Shown here in pieces: positions 13,242-26,881 of a DNA stretch of 40,052 nt. Positions within the stretch are counted from its first letter, which is position 1. The number at the start of each line of letters is the position of its first letter. The translations under genes were made by a program, and so were the position numbers. Source of the stretch: Octopus bimaculoides (taxonomy: Eukaryota); the NCBI RefSeq assembly GCF_001194135.2, contig NC_068983.1, positions 139,006,524 to 139,046,575 of the forward strand, in the 5' to 3' direction. The notes below the pieces were generated by a model, which did not search any database, was not told the origin of the DNA, and saw only the letters and a list, made by a program, of their open reading frames with translations.

Positions 13242-13707
13242 TTCAGTAGTTTTATTTTTATAACGTGCGTTCACTTCACTACCGACGGCAGCTCTGTGTG
13301 CCTTGGGTATGTGTTGTGGTTTGCTGTGATGCTCTTCTGGTTACTGTATTGAAAGTGTTTTGCGTAGGATGTGTGCAGTGCCCAGTAGTGCAATTTTCTG
13401 TATTTTATATATATTTGTAAGTCCTGGTGTTTTTGTTATGTATTTGTCTGAATATTTTTTTATTATACCTAAGACACCTACTATGAGGGGAATTGTTTCT
13501 GTTTTTAGATTCCACATTCGAGTTACCTCTATTTCCAGGTCTTTGTATTTTGAAAGTTTTTCCATTTCTTTTAGGGAAACGTTGTCATCTGCTGGTATTG
13601 ATACATCAATTAGAAAGCATTTTTTTCTTCATGATCCTTGACAACTATATCTGGTCTATTTGCCTTAATTTCTCTATCTGTGTGTATTGGCATATCCCAG
13701 AGTATGG

Positions 13708-13710
<3 letters not shown>
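13242..13710 (-). mobile_element. 5'-truncated R4/Dong-like non-LTR retroelement (REL endonuclease C-terminus + 3' UTR)
   Basis: TILWDMPIHTDREIKANRPDIVVKDHEEKK/CFLIDVSIPADDNVSLKEMEKLSKYKDLEIEVTRMW...IQKIALLGTAHILRKTLSIQ*. This carries the RPD..D..KY restriction-like endonuclease motifs. The 5' junction abuts (TAA)n; the 3' end runs into a degenerate aat tail. Confidence 0.85.
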
Positions 13711-13797
<87 letters not shown>

Positions 13798-13840
13798 GCT
13801 GTTGTTGTTGTTATTATTATTATTATTATCATCATTATTA
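13710..13840. repeat. (TTA)n(TTG)n microsatellite at the retroelement 5' junction
   Basis: Directly visible. Confidence 0.95.
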
Positions 13841-14569
13841 TGAAAGATTTTCGATGTGAAAATACAGTTTACGTTTGCGCTCGTAATTGGATGCTGTAAC
13901 CTGGAGTGCTTTGAGATATCCACTACTGTAGGAGGTTATAAAACCACAGAACGAACAATATTTTCTGACATTTCTATTTTTTGGTAAGATATAATAGTGA
14001 ATTCATTGACGTCTAGTCAAACAAATATTTTTTTCGGCGACATATCAACAGTCAATGCACTCGGTAATTAAAATGGTAACTGTGCTTGTGATGTTGCAAC
14101 ACGCCCATCAACATCTTATTTCAAGTGAGAAGAGTATTGCACAATGGAAATATTTTAGAGGGTACTGGCACTGTATTTGGCATGCCTGAGATATCATCTA
14201 TTTTTTTTCATTTGTCACCTAAAGATATAAGTATGACCTCAGACGGAACGCATTTGGTTGGCTCACTCAAGTCTGGTTTACGGTTAACAATGGTAGCAGC
14301 GCCAGCAGAAACAGCAGCAGCAGCGGAGCAGCCATGAAAACGCAGTATCAGGGTAAATAGTAGCTGTGCAGTGGGTAGCGCAGACATAACAGAAAGCCTT
14401 TGATGAAATATTATAAGGACAGTACTTCATATAGACAATTTTAAAATTTGTTTTCCACATCACATGGTCACGTGGCAATTTTAGATTATACAGCACTTTT
14501 CTGGGATCAGAAATCTTAGGCCGGAGTAAGATTCCGTTAACCTCTTCTTTCTTAATATAGGTTTCCAAT

Positions 14570-14762
14570 TTTAGCACAAGGCCAGAAATTTCAGTGGGTG
14601 GTGTGAGGAGCAAGTCGATTACTTCGACCCAAGTCTCTACCGTATATTTATAACGTAATCGACTCCAAAAAGATGTAAGGCAAATTCGACATCGGCGGTA
14701 TTTGAACAGAAAACCTAAAGATGGACGAAATGGAAACGATTTTGTTAGTTCGCCACCTTCCT
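14570..14762 (-). mobile_element. SINE family 3, degenerate copy
   Basis: The reverse complement resembles 16766-16984 (gtcgaatttgcctt...cttttt.gagtcgat..., gggtcgaagtaatcgact, aatttctggccttgtgct). Confidence 0.6.
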
Positions 14763-15212
14763 TCTATCTAAATATTAACTATTAATTTACTGAAGACGAA
14801 CAGAATATAGAATTGAGCAGATGTGGAGGAGGAATCCGCCTTGAGGTTTGGAAAAATACCCACTTATTCTCGTCGGACTGTCGTTGGAAATTTCATCTTA
14901 ATTCTATCATTTCACAAGCTTTTATCCTTAAATTTTGAGGCTTTTCAGTAAGGCTGAACGTTGAGGGTTTGCAAAGCTACCACACTTAGGCAGTGTGAGC
15001 ATATGTGTAGGTATGTGTGTGATTATTGAGTGATTCTGAGAGAGAGGGATGGGGGAAAGAGACAGAGAGACATATAGATGAAGGATACGAGACAAAATGT
15101 AAATAATATTTGTGGAACATACATTTGATCATAGATTTTATTGGAAGAATTGAAAATTTTGTCGGGGAAAAGTGTAAGGAGCAGATCAAAAATGAGAGAT
15201 AGAGAAAGAGAG

Positions 15213-15227
<15 letters not shown>

Positions 15228-15289
<62 letters not shown>

Positions 15290-15290
15290 A
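15228..15290. repeat. (GA)n microsatellite
   Basis: Directly visible. Confidence 0.95.
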
Positions 15291-15558
15291 AGATAAAGTG
15301 AGAGAGAGAAAAAAAGAAAGATAGAGTGAGAGAGAGGGGAAACAGCATTAGGAGGTGTTGTATCTAAGAGTGGTACGACATGTCTGTATTGTAATCGTGG
15401 CAGAATGCTGTGGAACCAGTTTTAAGTATTTGGTGGAAGTAGAATAAAATAAAATGTTGATCCGTTCCTTTGATCATAGAAATATTGAATGGTTTTCTTC
15501 CCTTTTACGGAGAATGCCATGTGCAGACACATGCATCGATATACACCTCCCACCCCAC

Positions 15559-15593
<35 letters not shown>

Positions 15594-15739
15594 CGTGCGT
15601 GTGTGTGTGTGTGTGTGCACAATTACAAATGTTCAGAAAGACCAAGTGACGAAGGGAACTTGAAAGAAGTATAATAAATGTAAGTGAATAGACGGTTCGA
15701 CAAATTGACAAGTAGGTGACATTTTGATACATTTATATA

Positions 15740-15808
15740 GAAGAAGAAGAAGAAGAAGAAGAAGAAGAAGAAGAAGAAGAAGAAGAAGAAGAAGAAGAAG
15801 AAGAAGAA
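15740..15808. repeat. (AGA)n microsatellite running into a gap
   Basis: Directly visible. Confidence 0.95.
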
Positions 15809-16765
15809 NNNNNNNNNNATACGCTAAGGTATTCATGTTAAAATGCACATCAATTCAATTTGTCAATGGGAATTGCGTTCACACTTGCAGCCGAACGCAT
15901 ACATTCTGCCTTGCCAATTATTTTTCATCCAATAAGTATTTTCTCAATGTTTTTGTCAAATTTTCGTCATACAGAATATAATCTAAAATGAGAAAATTTA
16001 TTCAGTCGCTGACTAACGTTAGTTATTTTTTCCTTCTTAAAAATTTATCTATAACATTTAGGAGTTAACTCGATATACGATGCCTTATTTTCACATTTTC
16101 ATTGAAATGTAACCATACTACATCATAAAACTTCAGAAATTAAGAATATTTTGAAAAAGTGTATGATTGACATAGTACGAAAGTTACGTGTCAAATGCTC
16201 ATTTTGGTGAAATTAACAGGCAAATCTTTAAGTGCCCTCTCTGGTCTTAAAATACATACGGGCACATCGGTTAATATAGTCCTGAGATGAACGTATATGA
16301 ATGAAGGATGGCATCATGATTTCTGGAATGAGTTTATAATACGTCTATTCAATCAGAAGTTACATATGACAAACCTCCCAAAGAACATCACTTGCAGTTG
16401 AAACAGTGTCAGTTTTTTTTAAATGCAAAGGGCATTAAAAAAGTTAGAATAAATAAAAATATACTGTGAGAAATATAAAGATTATTTGTCAGATATTAAT
16501 ACGTGAAGCAACTGTGAACGCAAAGACGGACGAAATGACGCCAAGTATTTCGCCCAGCTGTGGTGCCTAAGTGGTGGAAACGTTACCAAGCGGAACAAAA
16601 TTTTAAGTGATGTCTCTTCTGGCTCTTTTCTATTCTTAGTTCAGATGCAGCCGCGATCGGCTTTGCCTTTCATTCTGTAATCGACTATCCCTTCCCCTCA
16701 AAAATTGATAGCCATATACGGAAGTTAGAAAGAAGTATCTATATTAATAATATTAGTAACGCGTG

Positions 16766-16984
16766 AGGCGGTGAGCTGGCAGAAATGTTAGCTCGCCGGG
16801 CGAAATGCTTAGAGTTATTTCGTCTGTCTTAATGTTCTGAGTTTAAATTCCGCCGAGGTCGACTTTGCCTTTCATTCCTTCGTGGTCGATAAATTAAGTA
16901 CCGGTTGCCTAGTGGGGTCGATCTAATCGACTGGCCCCTTTCCCCAAAATTTCAGTCCTTGTGCCTAGAGTATAACAGAATATT
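16766..16984 (+). mobile_element. SINE family 3, best-preserved copy
   Basis: tRNA-like head (ggcggtgagctggcag ... gagtttaaattcc) followed by core gtcgactttgcctttcattccttcgtggtcgataaattaagtacc. From recall this resembles a conserved invertebrate SINE central domain. Several diverged copies occur in this window. Confidence 0.7.
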
Positions 16985-17944
16985 GGCATTGTGTTGACAA
17001 AATTGTTAGAGAATTGGATAAAATGCCTCGCTATACTTAGCCATGTGCGAACAGGTGCTGTATTGAAACACCTCTGAAATATTACGACTTTTCTCCGTCC
17101 TGGCAGGATAAAATAAAATATCACTCTAGCACGGGGCTATATGTAATCGCATACACATTTCCTCCCACAATTTTGTGGCTTTCTGTATATGTTATCAACG
17201 ATAACAACAATGTAAATAAGACACATGTACAAAAGCACAACATTTGGGGTTAAGAGTGACACAATCATGTACAGGATTGCATCACAGTACCTTTTCTATC
17301 AACCCTCAGAATGGTAAATTTCTAATTAAAATCTGACATGGATTTAACTACATATTTCAGACTTACGGGTCCGTTGTTCAACGATTACTGTTATCTACGG
17401 CCACAGATACAAAATCGTAATTTCAGGTTGCAGCATGCATGGTCACATCTATAGAGCGTAATAGTTTACTTAAGCGAATTTAATCAAAAGACAACATCCA
17501 TCGATTATGCAATTCAAACATTAAATTATGATTATAATATTAATTCTTGACAGAGGCGCAATGGAAGACGAACTTGGAATGAATTTAAGTCAGAACGTGG
17601 TGAGGTATGACTTAAGAATCGTATCATTATATCACAAAGAAGAGAGGTAAAACATTACAACCCTATGTTCAATATTTTATAGAACGTATTCAATGCTCTG
17701 ATGACAATTTGCATTTCTATCACTTTTCAGATTCACTCTACAGTTACCGTTGAAACAAGTATAGACAATATAGCACAGTTAACGAAATCCATATTTGCGT
17801 AGTGTGCCTGATTATTAGCTTGCATTAAAATCCCTGCATGTGACGCTATATTAAAGTGGTCGTTAACTAACATATGTATGAAAGAATCCACGTCCGACAT
17901 TAACCCTTAAAAAAAACATGCTACAAATAACCTTCCCACTGTAA

Positions 17945-18136
17945 GGAGAAGACCAGGCAATTGGGAGAGAATGCTAGTCGATTACATCGATCCCAGCACA
18001 TAACAGGTAATTAACATATCGATCCTGACAGTATAAAAGGTGATGTCATCCTCCACGGGATTTTAACTCAACGTAGAAATGGGCGAGATACCACTAAGCG
18101 TTGTCCAGCGTGCTAACGATTTTCCCAGCTCGCCGC
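17945..18136 (-). mobile_element. SINE family 3, degenerate copy
   Basis: The reverse complement begins gcggcgagctgggaaaatcgttagcacgctggac and contains gctgggatcgatgtaatcgact, matching 16766-16984. Confidence 0.65.
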
Positions 18137-20062
18137 TTTGCATGCCATAACTAGTGATAACAAACTAGGCTAGAACCAACTTATTTATGTAATTTCATTT
18201 ACTCGTTCAAGTAAATATAAATAATGTATCAGAATTAATTTAAATCGATTGCAAATTCCGGTTTCCGAATACTGTAACCACGTAACAATACAAAAAATGT
18301 ATGATTACCATGAAAAGAAACACTAAAATTTTATTTTGAATAATATGTAAACGTTGTAGAAATTAAAAGAAGTTTTTGGAAAATATAGTTTTAGTGCACT
18401 AAGAATCAAATCTTTTTTATGCGTTATTGTTATACATTAAAAGTACACATATGCCTCGTTTTTGTATATCTCAATGGTTCAGTACTTTACAGTAATTCAT
18501 TATTTTGCGTGTTATTTTCTCTTTAAATTGTTAAAGATCTTCTTGCAGTTCTGCTTCTTGTAGGATTATCCCACAGAATCGTATTTAGATGAATAAGTAA
18601 ACCACTTTGCTGCTTAATCAATCGGAAATAATATACCTTACATATAGTCTGCTTCTTTCAGGTTTCTCTTACAATCACATAATAGAAATTTTTTCAAATA
18701 TATTTTTAAATGCAAGTTTGGCGAACATGTATCTCACTTCATTTCGTAAGTTTTCTCTTTTGAGTGCCAAATGGTTAGCGGGAAGATATTTTAGTACAAG
18801 AATTGTCACAGACTTCTATCATTTAATTTTCTAAGATCTTTCTTTTGTATCTTATATGGTTAGCAGGTTATATGATATTAATTAGTTTATTTGTTTTTTT
18901 GCTTTCAGGAATACGTATCGATGGAAACTTTGTGGAACGTTGAGGAAGCTGCGTCTCTATACTTATCTGTTCGTAACGTGTGCAAAGTATTTATTTATAA
19001 TGAATCACTATATTTTGTTTATATAGACAGATGATGTTTGTTATAAATATAATAAAAAGATCAAACGAATGTAATGTTTATATTCAAGTGTCGAGAGTAA
19101 AATCGTTTCTCGAATTACTACAAGTAGCCACAAAATCCCACAAAAACAATACTCTAAGTTTATTTTTTTTAATAGTTTATTGTAAACCGGGATGCGTTAC
19201 ATCTGAAAATAAAAGGGAAACAGTGGTATGAATTTAGCTTCATTAGGTTTTCTGCAACAAAGCTGAATTGTGGGCTACACAGAAGCAACATCAAAGTGTA
19301 TGATTTCATACCAAAGTATTAGAGGCAAGAGAAAATATTTTATCAACATAAAGTAGTTTCAAAGCGAGCGATTACAAATGTTAATAAGGGTTTCATTTAA
19401 ATGTAGCCTTCAAATGGGAACGCGAATATATGAAATATATAGTAGTCTATGCTGTATCACCATGGATTTTCACTCTCCGAGTTGCTTTCGTTTTCTGCTC
19501 AATATGCATTTATGAATTTTATACTTTCTTCTCTATTAATTTCGTTTTTGGATTTGGTTTGCAAGATTTTTTAAGTGATTTCGTGTGTTGAAGCATATTC
19601 TGTTTTGTCTGGGGAGAGTCATTTTCTTATGCCTTAAAATTTAACACGCTCACCGTTAAAATTTCCACTTATTTCTTATTTTTATTTTCCTAATGTTTTA
19701 TTTTCTCTATTAATGTTATAAAAAAAACTGATGTCTTTTTAATAAATTTTATTCTATTATAAATAAGCACACATACATACGCACGCAGACACACACACAT
19801 ACATATACACACATACACACACGTAAGAAATCTCATACAAACATACACAAGTACATACACTCACACAAACAGATGTTTGTGCTGGGTGTTTCAGAAATTT
19901 ACCTCACAATCACACGGTTTCGTGTATTAGATAAATAGCAGACACAGCAATGAAAACTGGATCAATTTCATGGATTTAAAATTTCGTGATGTTTATTCAA
20001 ATACTGACTCCAGGAAAAGACTACAAAAACACATATATCTATGTTTGTGTATGTATGTGTGT

Positions 20063-20215
20063 GTGTGTGGTAAGACGCCTGCTTCCTTACTACATTGTTG
20101 AGAGTTCATTCCTACTGCGTGGCACCTTCGTCAAGTGTCTTCTACTGTAGCCTCGTGCCGACCAAATCTTTGTGAGTGGATTTGGAAGACAGAAGCTTAA
20201 AGAAGCCCGTCGCAT
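20063..20215 (+). mobile_element. SINE family 1, 5' half
   Basis: Degenerate tRNA-like head (gtgtggtaaga...gagttcattcc) then gcgtggcacctt..caagtgtcttctact.tagcctcg...gagtggatttgg...aaagaagcccgtcg. It matches the reverse complement of 21165-21248. Confidence 0.7.
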
Positions 20216-20951
20216 ATATATATGATATATATATATATATATATATCAGTATCCTGCTTCTCCAACATACTGAGAATTCAGAAATAGCAGCCAAAGAACT
20301 ACTGATTCCAAAACTACAAATTTTTCTCTAATTGATAGCGATATTTATGGTACACACAGAACAAAAAACAGAAGAGAAGAGTAGAAAAAAACAAACCTGC
20401 CTTTAGTTAATTTGATACGNNNNNNNNNNNNNNNNNNNNNNNNNNNNNNNNNNNNNNNNNNNNNNNNNNNNNNNNNNNNNNNNNNNNNNNNNNNNNNNNN
20501 NNNNNNNNNNNNNNNNNNNNNNNNNNNNNNNNNNNNNNNNNNNNNNNNNNNNNNNNNNNNNNNNNNNNNNNNNNNNNNNNNNNNNNNNNNNNNNNNNNNN
20601 NNNNNNNNNNNNNNNNNNNNNNNNNNNNNNNNNNNNNNNNNNNNNNNNNNNNNNNNNNNNNNNNNNNNNNNNNNNNNNNNNNNNNNNNNNNNNNNNNNNN
20701 NNNNNNNNNNNNNNNNNNNNNNNNNNNNNNNNNNNNNNNNNNNNNNNNNNNNNNNNNNNNNNNNNNNNNNNNNNNNNNNNNNNNNNNNNNNNNNNNNNNN
20801 NNNNNNNNNNNNNNNNNNNNNNNNNNNNNNNNNNNNNNNNNNNNNNNNNNNNNNNNNNNNNNNNNNNNNNNNNNNNNNNNNNNNNNNNNNNNNNNNNNNN
20901 NNNNNNNNNNNNNNNNNNNNNNNNNNNNNNNNNNNNNNNNNNNNNNNNNNN

Positions 20952-20989
<38 letters not shown>

Positions 20990-20990
<1 letters not shown>

Positions 20991-21248
20991 CTCTTTTACT
21001 TGTTTCAAGCCTATTCTTGTAACTCTAGTACTTATTCTGTCGGTGCCTTCTGCCGAACCACTAGGCTACGAGGGCGTACACACTACAACATCGGTTGTCA
21101 AGCGATGGTAGGGGGTCAAACACAGATACAAACACACAAATACATACATACACGCTCATATGTATATACGACGGGCTTCTTTCAGTTTCCATTTACCAAA
21201 TCCACTCGCATGGGTTGATCGACTCGAGGTTATAGTAGACACTTGCTC
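20990..21248 (-). mobile_element. SINE family 1, head-truncated copy
   Basis: Shares its 5' part with 20063-20215 and its 3' part with 62-256. Confidence 0.7.
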
Positions 21249-23621
21249 GTGCGAGTAGCTGACTGTATGTTTGAAGTCATGTATGAGTGAGCCACGACTA
21301 ACAGTTGTGATCCCAATGCTGTTACCTATGGCATCCTGCTGGAAATTTGTGTCTCGCCAGGGTAAGTACCATTGGTAGCCACTGCTTGACTGCTGCCTTT
21401 TAAGATATCATGCAGCCTAATTTTCCACCGATGGGAGTTCATATACATGCATGTGTGTTTGTCTGCGTGCTAAAGAAAACAAGAGCCCGTGTATGTGAGA
21501 ATTTTTGTTCGCTTAATTTTGTTTATAATTCTGTGAATTTTTAATGAAACATGACGTATCAAAGATTGTGTAAATACATAAGAAATAATAAACTGTCCGG
21601 ATGGGAAAAATCTGTTTAGGAGATTTAGATTAATAGAAGTTTTATAATTAAAACCCCTGTTATAGATTGTAGCGTATGTTACTGTCAAATATTTATTAAA
21701 TAATTTTTCGATATTTTCTGATATATAGAATTGGAATTCCACTTGAGTAAAACTTGTTATTCCAGTATTTTATTACTAGAATTATAACGAGTGTAGATGA
21801 AATGAAATGATAATAAATGCTATATTTTTTACTCTATTCCCATTCGACGTTAAAATTTATTCGGTTCAAGAAGATAATTTGACAGGCTTGATACGGTGGC
21901 TTGCAAGTGCTACAGAGTGCCACATGCTGTTAGTAATATACTTAATTTTTAATTCGATGCGTTTGGAAGAACTCTTGAGCAATGTGGGTAAGAGGTTAGG
22001 GCAAATATCTAAGGTGACGTTAATAAGTGAAGACTCAAAGCACTGCCTTACTAAATTGTTAAATGATCCCATTAATTTTCAAGTAAGAGAGAAAATAAAA
22101 AAAATCCTGACAAGTGCGTCATTACCGGCAGGCCATTCGCGTGTAATAATTCTGAAATATCGATAGGTATATTCGATTTTGTATGCGGAACCGTCAACAC
22201 GCATGTCGCGAATACCCGTATTACTCTCTCACGAAACTCAGTGTGAATGACCGAAATTAGCAGCAAGCAACGCTTTGTGATGGTGCTTCAACGTAGAATC
22301 TAGTTTGTGAAGACATTAACTATAGGGTTTACTTGGAATAAAGAAAAAGAGAACAACATTTGTGAAATGTTCCATAAGTATGATTAAATACTGAAGTATT
22401 TTCCAGATATTAAATAAAGAACTGTAACTGAATTGGCTTCAACTGAGAATCTTTATCCTGTTATGTTATCGACTAATGGATATCTTACTTCTCGCTCCTT
22501 ACAAGCGTGTAACTATAGTGATTACTTTTGATATAAAGAAAGTTAAATTTTGCAGTGGATTGCTACCTTTGAATAAACGAACCACAGCAACTTATTAATA
22601 CTTATTCTCTCCTTACTGAGATGAAAAGCAATATCGACCTTTAAAGTGAGTAGAAAGTAGTGGAGCTAAATTAAATCTCTTATTCATTGAATGTAGTGAT
22701 CCGCAATATCTGACAACTCACTGCCATTAGAGGAGAAAATCAAGTTTTCTTAGATTCAAGTAATTTGTATAAAAGAAATATAATTAGTGAAACCGACTCA
22801 AGTACATGGACAAGTACAATTTTATTGACCAGACGAACAAAAACGAAATTTAACCTTTTCAAAATTAGAACTGATGATGTAAAGTATCTCGCATAAATAC
22901 GGAGATCCGTTCTCACCTTATTTACAACAGGTATTTTAAAGTTGGTTGAAGATGCTCAGATTCTAGAATTGTAGTACAAAGTTATTGCATTCAGTAAAAT
23001 CAAATTCACTATCCACTATTTGTCATCATATTGCAACATTCATTTTAAAATAAGAAGAATTCATAATGGCTTTATTGGTATGTGATGAGTTTATTAACGT
23101 AAGAAGAAAATATTTTATATTAGGAGCAATTGCGCTTATATCAATATATTATTGTAACAGAGTACACAGCTATTAGTTCGCTATTTTCATTATTGTAATA
23201 TTTATGCACGCTCTAAATTTGGATAGGAGAAGAATTATTTAAGAAACGAGAACCTCACATGAATACAGTTTCTTTGCTTTGCTTGTCTTGACGCCAATTA
23301 TTTGGCATAAAGTGATAGAGGTGTCGTTGTGACATATAGCTTGTCTTGAGCGTTTTTAGATGTAGTGGCGCCAATCCATGATATTATTACGGTTGTTCCA
23401 AGCAATTCACAAAAATAGCCAGGCAAGAAGAAATTTTACATTCTTATAACCGTTCCTGTCTCTACGCTCTCTCAGTCTTCTCTCATATTGCTATTAGTAT
23501 TTGATAACGACAGAAAGAGACTGGAGACAGTCTAATTATTTGATAAACATATTTATTAGTTAGTCAAAGAATGACTGAGAGTGATGTTTACTGACTCGGG
23601 AGATGAATGCGGGTATGAGTT

Positions 23622-23656
<35 letters not shown>

Positions 23657-26600
23657 GTGTATGTTTGTGTGTGTGTGTGGTGTGTTTGTGTGTGTTTAAG
23701 TGTGCTTATGTGTGTATGNNNNNNNNNNTGGTGTGTTTGTGTGTGTTTAAGTGTGCTTATGTGTGTATGTGCGTGCGTGTACGTGACTTGAGCAGTGTTT
23801 TGATTTGAAATCTGATGGTCAGAGTATATTAGAGAAAAGAGGAATTTTTTTGAGATTTTACATGATACAGAAATAAAGGTGGTTGAATTGGACACATGTT
23901 TAACAGTGGAGAAGAAAAATGATAAGCATAGCGATACGAACAAATATTGGCATGACGTATTTCTTCACTGCAAGGGCTACTTCAGATTTTTAGTGTTGTA
24001 CACGGGTATATTTGGCAGAGTCAAGACAGCAAATAAGTGTAAGCTTGTAATTGAAGCGTGTTGTCGAGTTAATATTTACCGACGAGCAGATTTTTGATGA
24101 GACCTGGAATACTGTGTCAGTAGTTTTACTATCTAAGTCATAAAAGTAATTTAAAATGTACGATTCAGTGGAGTGCTGTAAAGCATTAAGCGTTTATCAA
24201 GGTTGAATAATTTTTGTCAATAAAGACGGAAGCGTGATATATAAGAAGTTTTGCAAAGTGGAATATATGAAGCTGCAATAGGAGATGCTCATAGATTTTC
24301 AGGTCTAATCTATGCAACAACATTGAGAAGATATGGATTTCGGGAAGGACTTGTTTCAATGTAATTCATTGATAAGAGATAGGAACTTTGTCTTGTTGCA
24401 TTGCTCCAGGGCAGTTGTGATGAAGCAGAACCACAAGAAGCCGGTAATCGATCGAACAACATGGCACGACTCACGCATCGGTGTTATACAATGCCTCCTC
24501 CTTGGCAACCATTACGTTGTATATTCTAATATGTGAATTTTCACGTACAACCGTGAACTAAGACAGTTGCAGTAGCTGTAGCTAACAGACTGTAATACAC
24601 AATGGAAAAATTAGGCTCCGTTTGAGAACCCACTTTAGCAGTATTTGAGGCTAGAGAAGGAATTAATGCAATATTGCAGTTTCCTTCTGAGTATTTATTT
24701 CCCTCTGCCAGTGATCAATGTACGTAGTATGTAAATTACCTTGTGTGATATATAGTTTGTTCACTTCGTAGATGATTGCGTTTTGTGTTCAGGAATTACG
24801 ACCAAAGTATGATTAACATAGATCATCATGGATCTAATGTATTGATTGCACACCACTGTGAATGCTTTAAGTATTTTTGTCTCATTTTTGTCGCTTCATT
24901 GTACATTTTATCCTTGTTCCTTTTCTTTTGGTAGCGTCCTGTAGTATTTGTGTTTCCAACTACCCAGAGCAGTATATTTTCATGTTTTCCAATTGGCATA
25001 TATTCTGTTGTTCTTACAAGAGATTTGTAATATATACAAATTGTAGAAGATTTGAGAAGTCTAAATGGAGGATTTAATTTAATTATCAGAAGATAGCTAT
25101 AAAAAATAAAAAAAAACGAGTGGTACATATACAAATTTAGAACAGCTACTGTTTAAAAGTGTTGATTAGTGAGAACTCTTTCATCAAGAGATTGAAGAAG
25201 GAGAGTCTGAATGTAATATCAAGGTATACAAGATGGGAGAACAATGCAGCCTGTATATGGGAAACTTAGCTCATAGGCAGTTATCATAGCTGTCACAGTT
25301 GAAGGCTTTGATTATGTAAAGGACAATAATACTAATTTTGCCGAAGTCCTGAAGGTTGGGGGGGGGTACAGGTGTGTTTCGTAAAAGTAAGCCCAGTAGA
25401 TATCTTCCTTCTGATGACGTTAGGAGAGAAATAATATTCAAAGTGATATTTCCGTACTCATTAAAATGTTTGTTAGAACTGATAGTGGTAGAATGGTAAG
25501 TAAACCTGTCTTAGTTATGCAAATTATTATAGACAACCGTATAGCAAAAATGGAAAAAAAAAACATTCAGAAGTTTGGTGAAGTTAAAAGCCAGTTGCTA
25601 ATCAGATGGTTTTAAGGTAATAGTTGAGATCAAGTCGAATTCGGACGCCTTATGTTATTATAACAATCACAGACGTTTATATACTTCAAGTGTGTGCTTT
25701 TAAATGTGTTGGTCAAATGAAACCGAGCATTTACCCTTTTCAGAACTGGTTATATTTTCATGCCCTTTTCAGAACGGGTTTTATTTGTTGAAATAAGACT
25801 TAGATGTAACGAATATTGCATGCAGTGTGGAGCTGGACACAAATTAAGCAACAATTACTGTCGTCTTATCAACAGAAATGCCATGTACTGAAAAAATTAT
25901 GACGAAATGTTTTCTTCATTTTGGTCCGAATGTCATTTTACATTTAAGATTACAAGATGCGTTGCAATGTGGAATACAGATGCATCATTTAATTTATTCT
26001 TGATTTAAGATATTTACGTTCTGACTTCACATGCCACCGATATAAAATTTGCCGCTCATCATCGTGTTTTCATGAAGTTTTTAGCAAAAAGGAAGCTGAT
26101 TTAATCGAATTATTATTCTCATCAAATTTCTAACCTTTGAATATGTTGGAAAGAATCTTTCAATATATAATATTTAAAATGGTAGTGGCTGATTGGAGCA
26201 AGATTTAGGTAATATTTACGGTAGTTCAGCGAAAGCTTTCAGACAACTAAATCATTTTGATTTTGCATTTTTCCCTGGCATCAGCTCAGCATACGTTGTC
26301 TTAATAAAAGAGGTTTTACTATTCTTTTCCTAGAGCAAGCGTCATGTCAGACCTGTTTTAAAATTCATATGTTTTTTTTTTTTATATCGTTAAATATATT
26401 ATATGTTAAATGAACGTTTTCCAACAGACCTTTCCAATAAAAGAATCTCTGGTTATATTATTACCACAATTAATACGAGTCACCTTCGGGTTTAAAGTAA
26501 CACAAAATAACAAAACAAAAAAGAAAAAGCCTCAGGCAATATTTATTTTATATATATGCATGTGTATGTATATATATATATATATATATTGTGTTTGTAG

Positions 26601-26844
26601 GCATATGTGGATGTGTGCGTGTGCGTGCCTATGAGTCAGTTTGTTTGACTGTAAATACGAAAATAGAGAATAAATTCCTTCAAAACATGCTTCATATTGG
26701 AAAGCTGGTTGTAAAATCGTGAGATTCTTTGTGTTGAAAAAGAAATATAAATACAAGGCAAAAAAGCTTTTATACACACACACACACACACACATATACG
26801 TATGTATGTATGTACGTATGTATGTATGTATGTATGTATGTATG

Positions 26845-26881
<37 letters not shown>

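Noticed and set aside
21807-22166. 119-aa plus-strand ORF without simple repeats
   Set aside because: No recognisable domain or motif and a non-convincing start; it is antisense within the CCN intron. A BLAST search would be needed to revive it.
23678-23769. 41-bp exact direct repeat on both sides of a 10-N gap
   Set aside because: Typical unmerged contig-end overlap; treated as an assembly artefact.
10410-25420. Other CTGATGA heptamers (about 10410, 17698, 22872, 25411)
   Set aside because: None is followed by a stem II and GAAA in hammerhead geometry.
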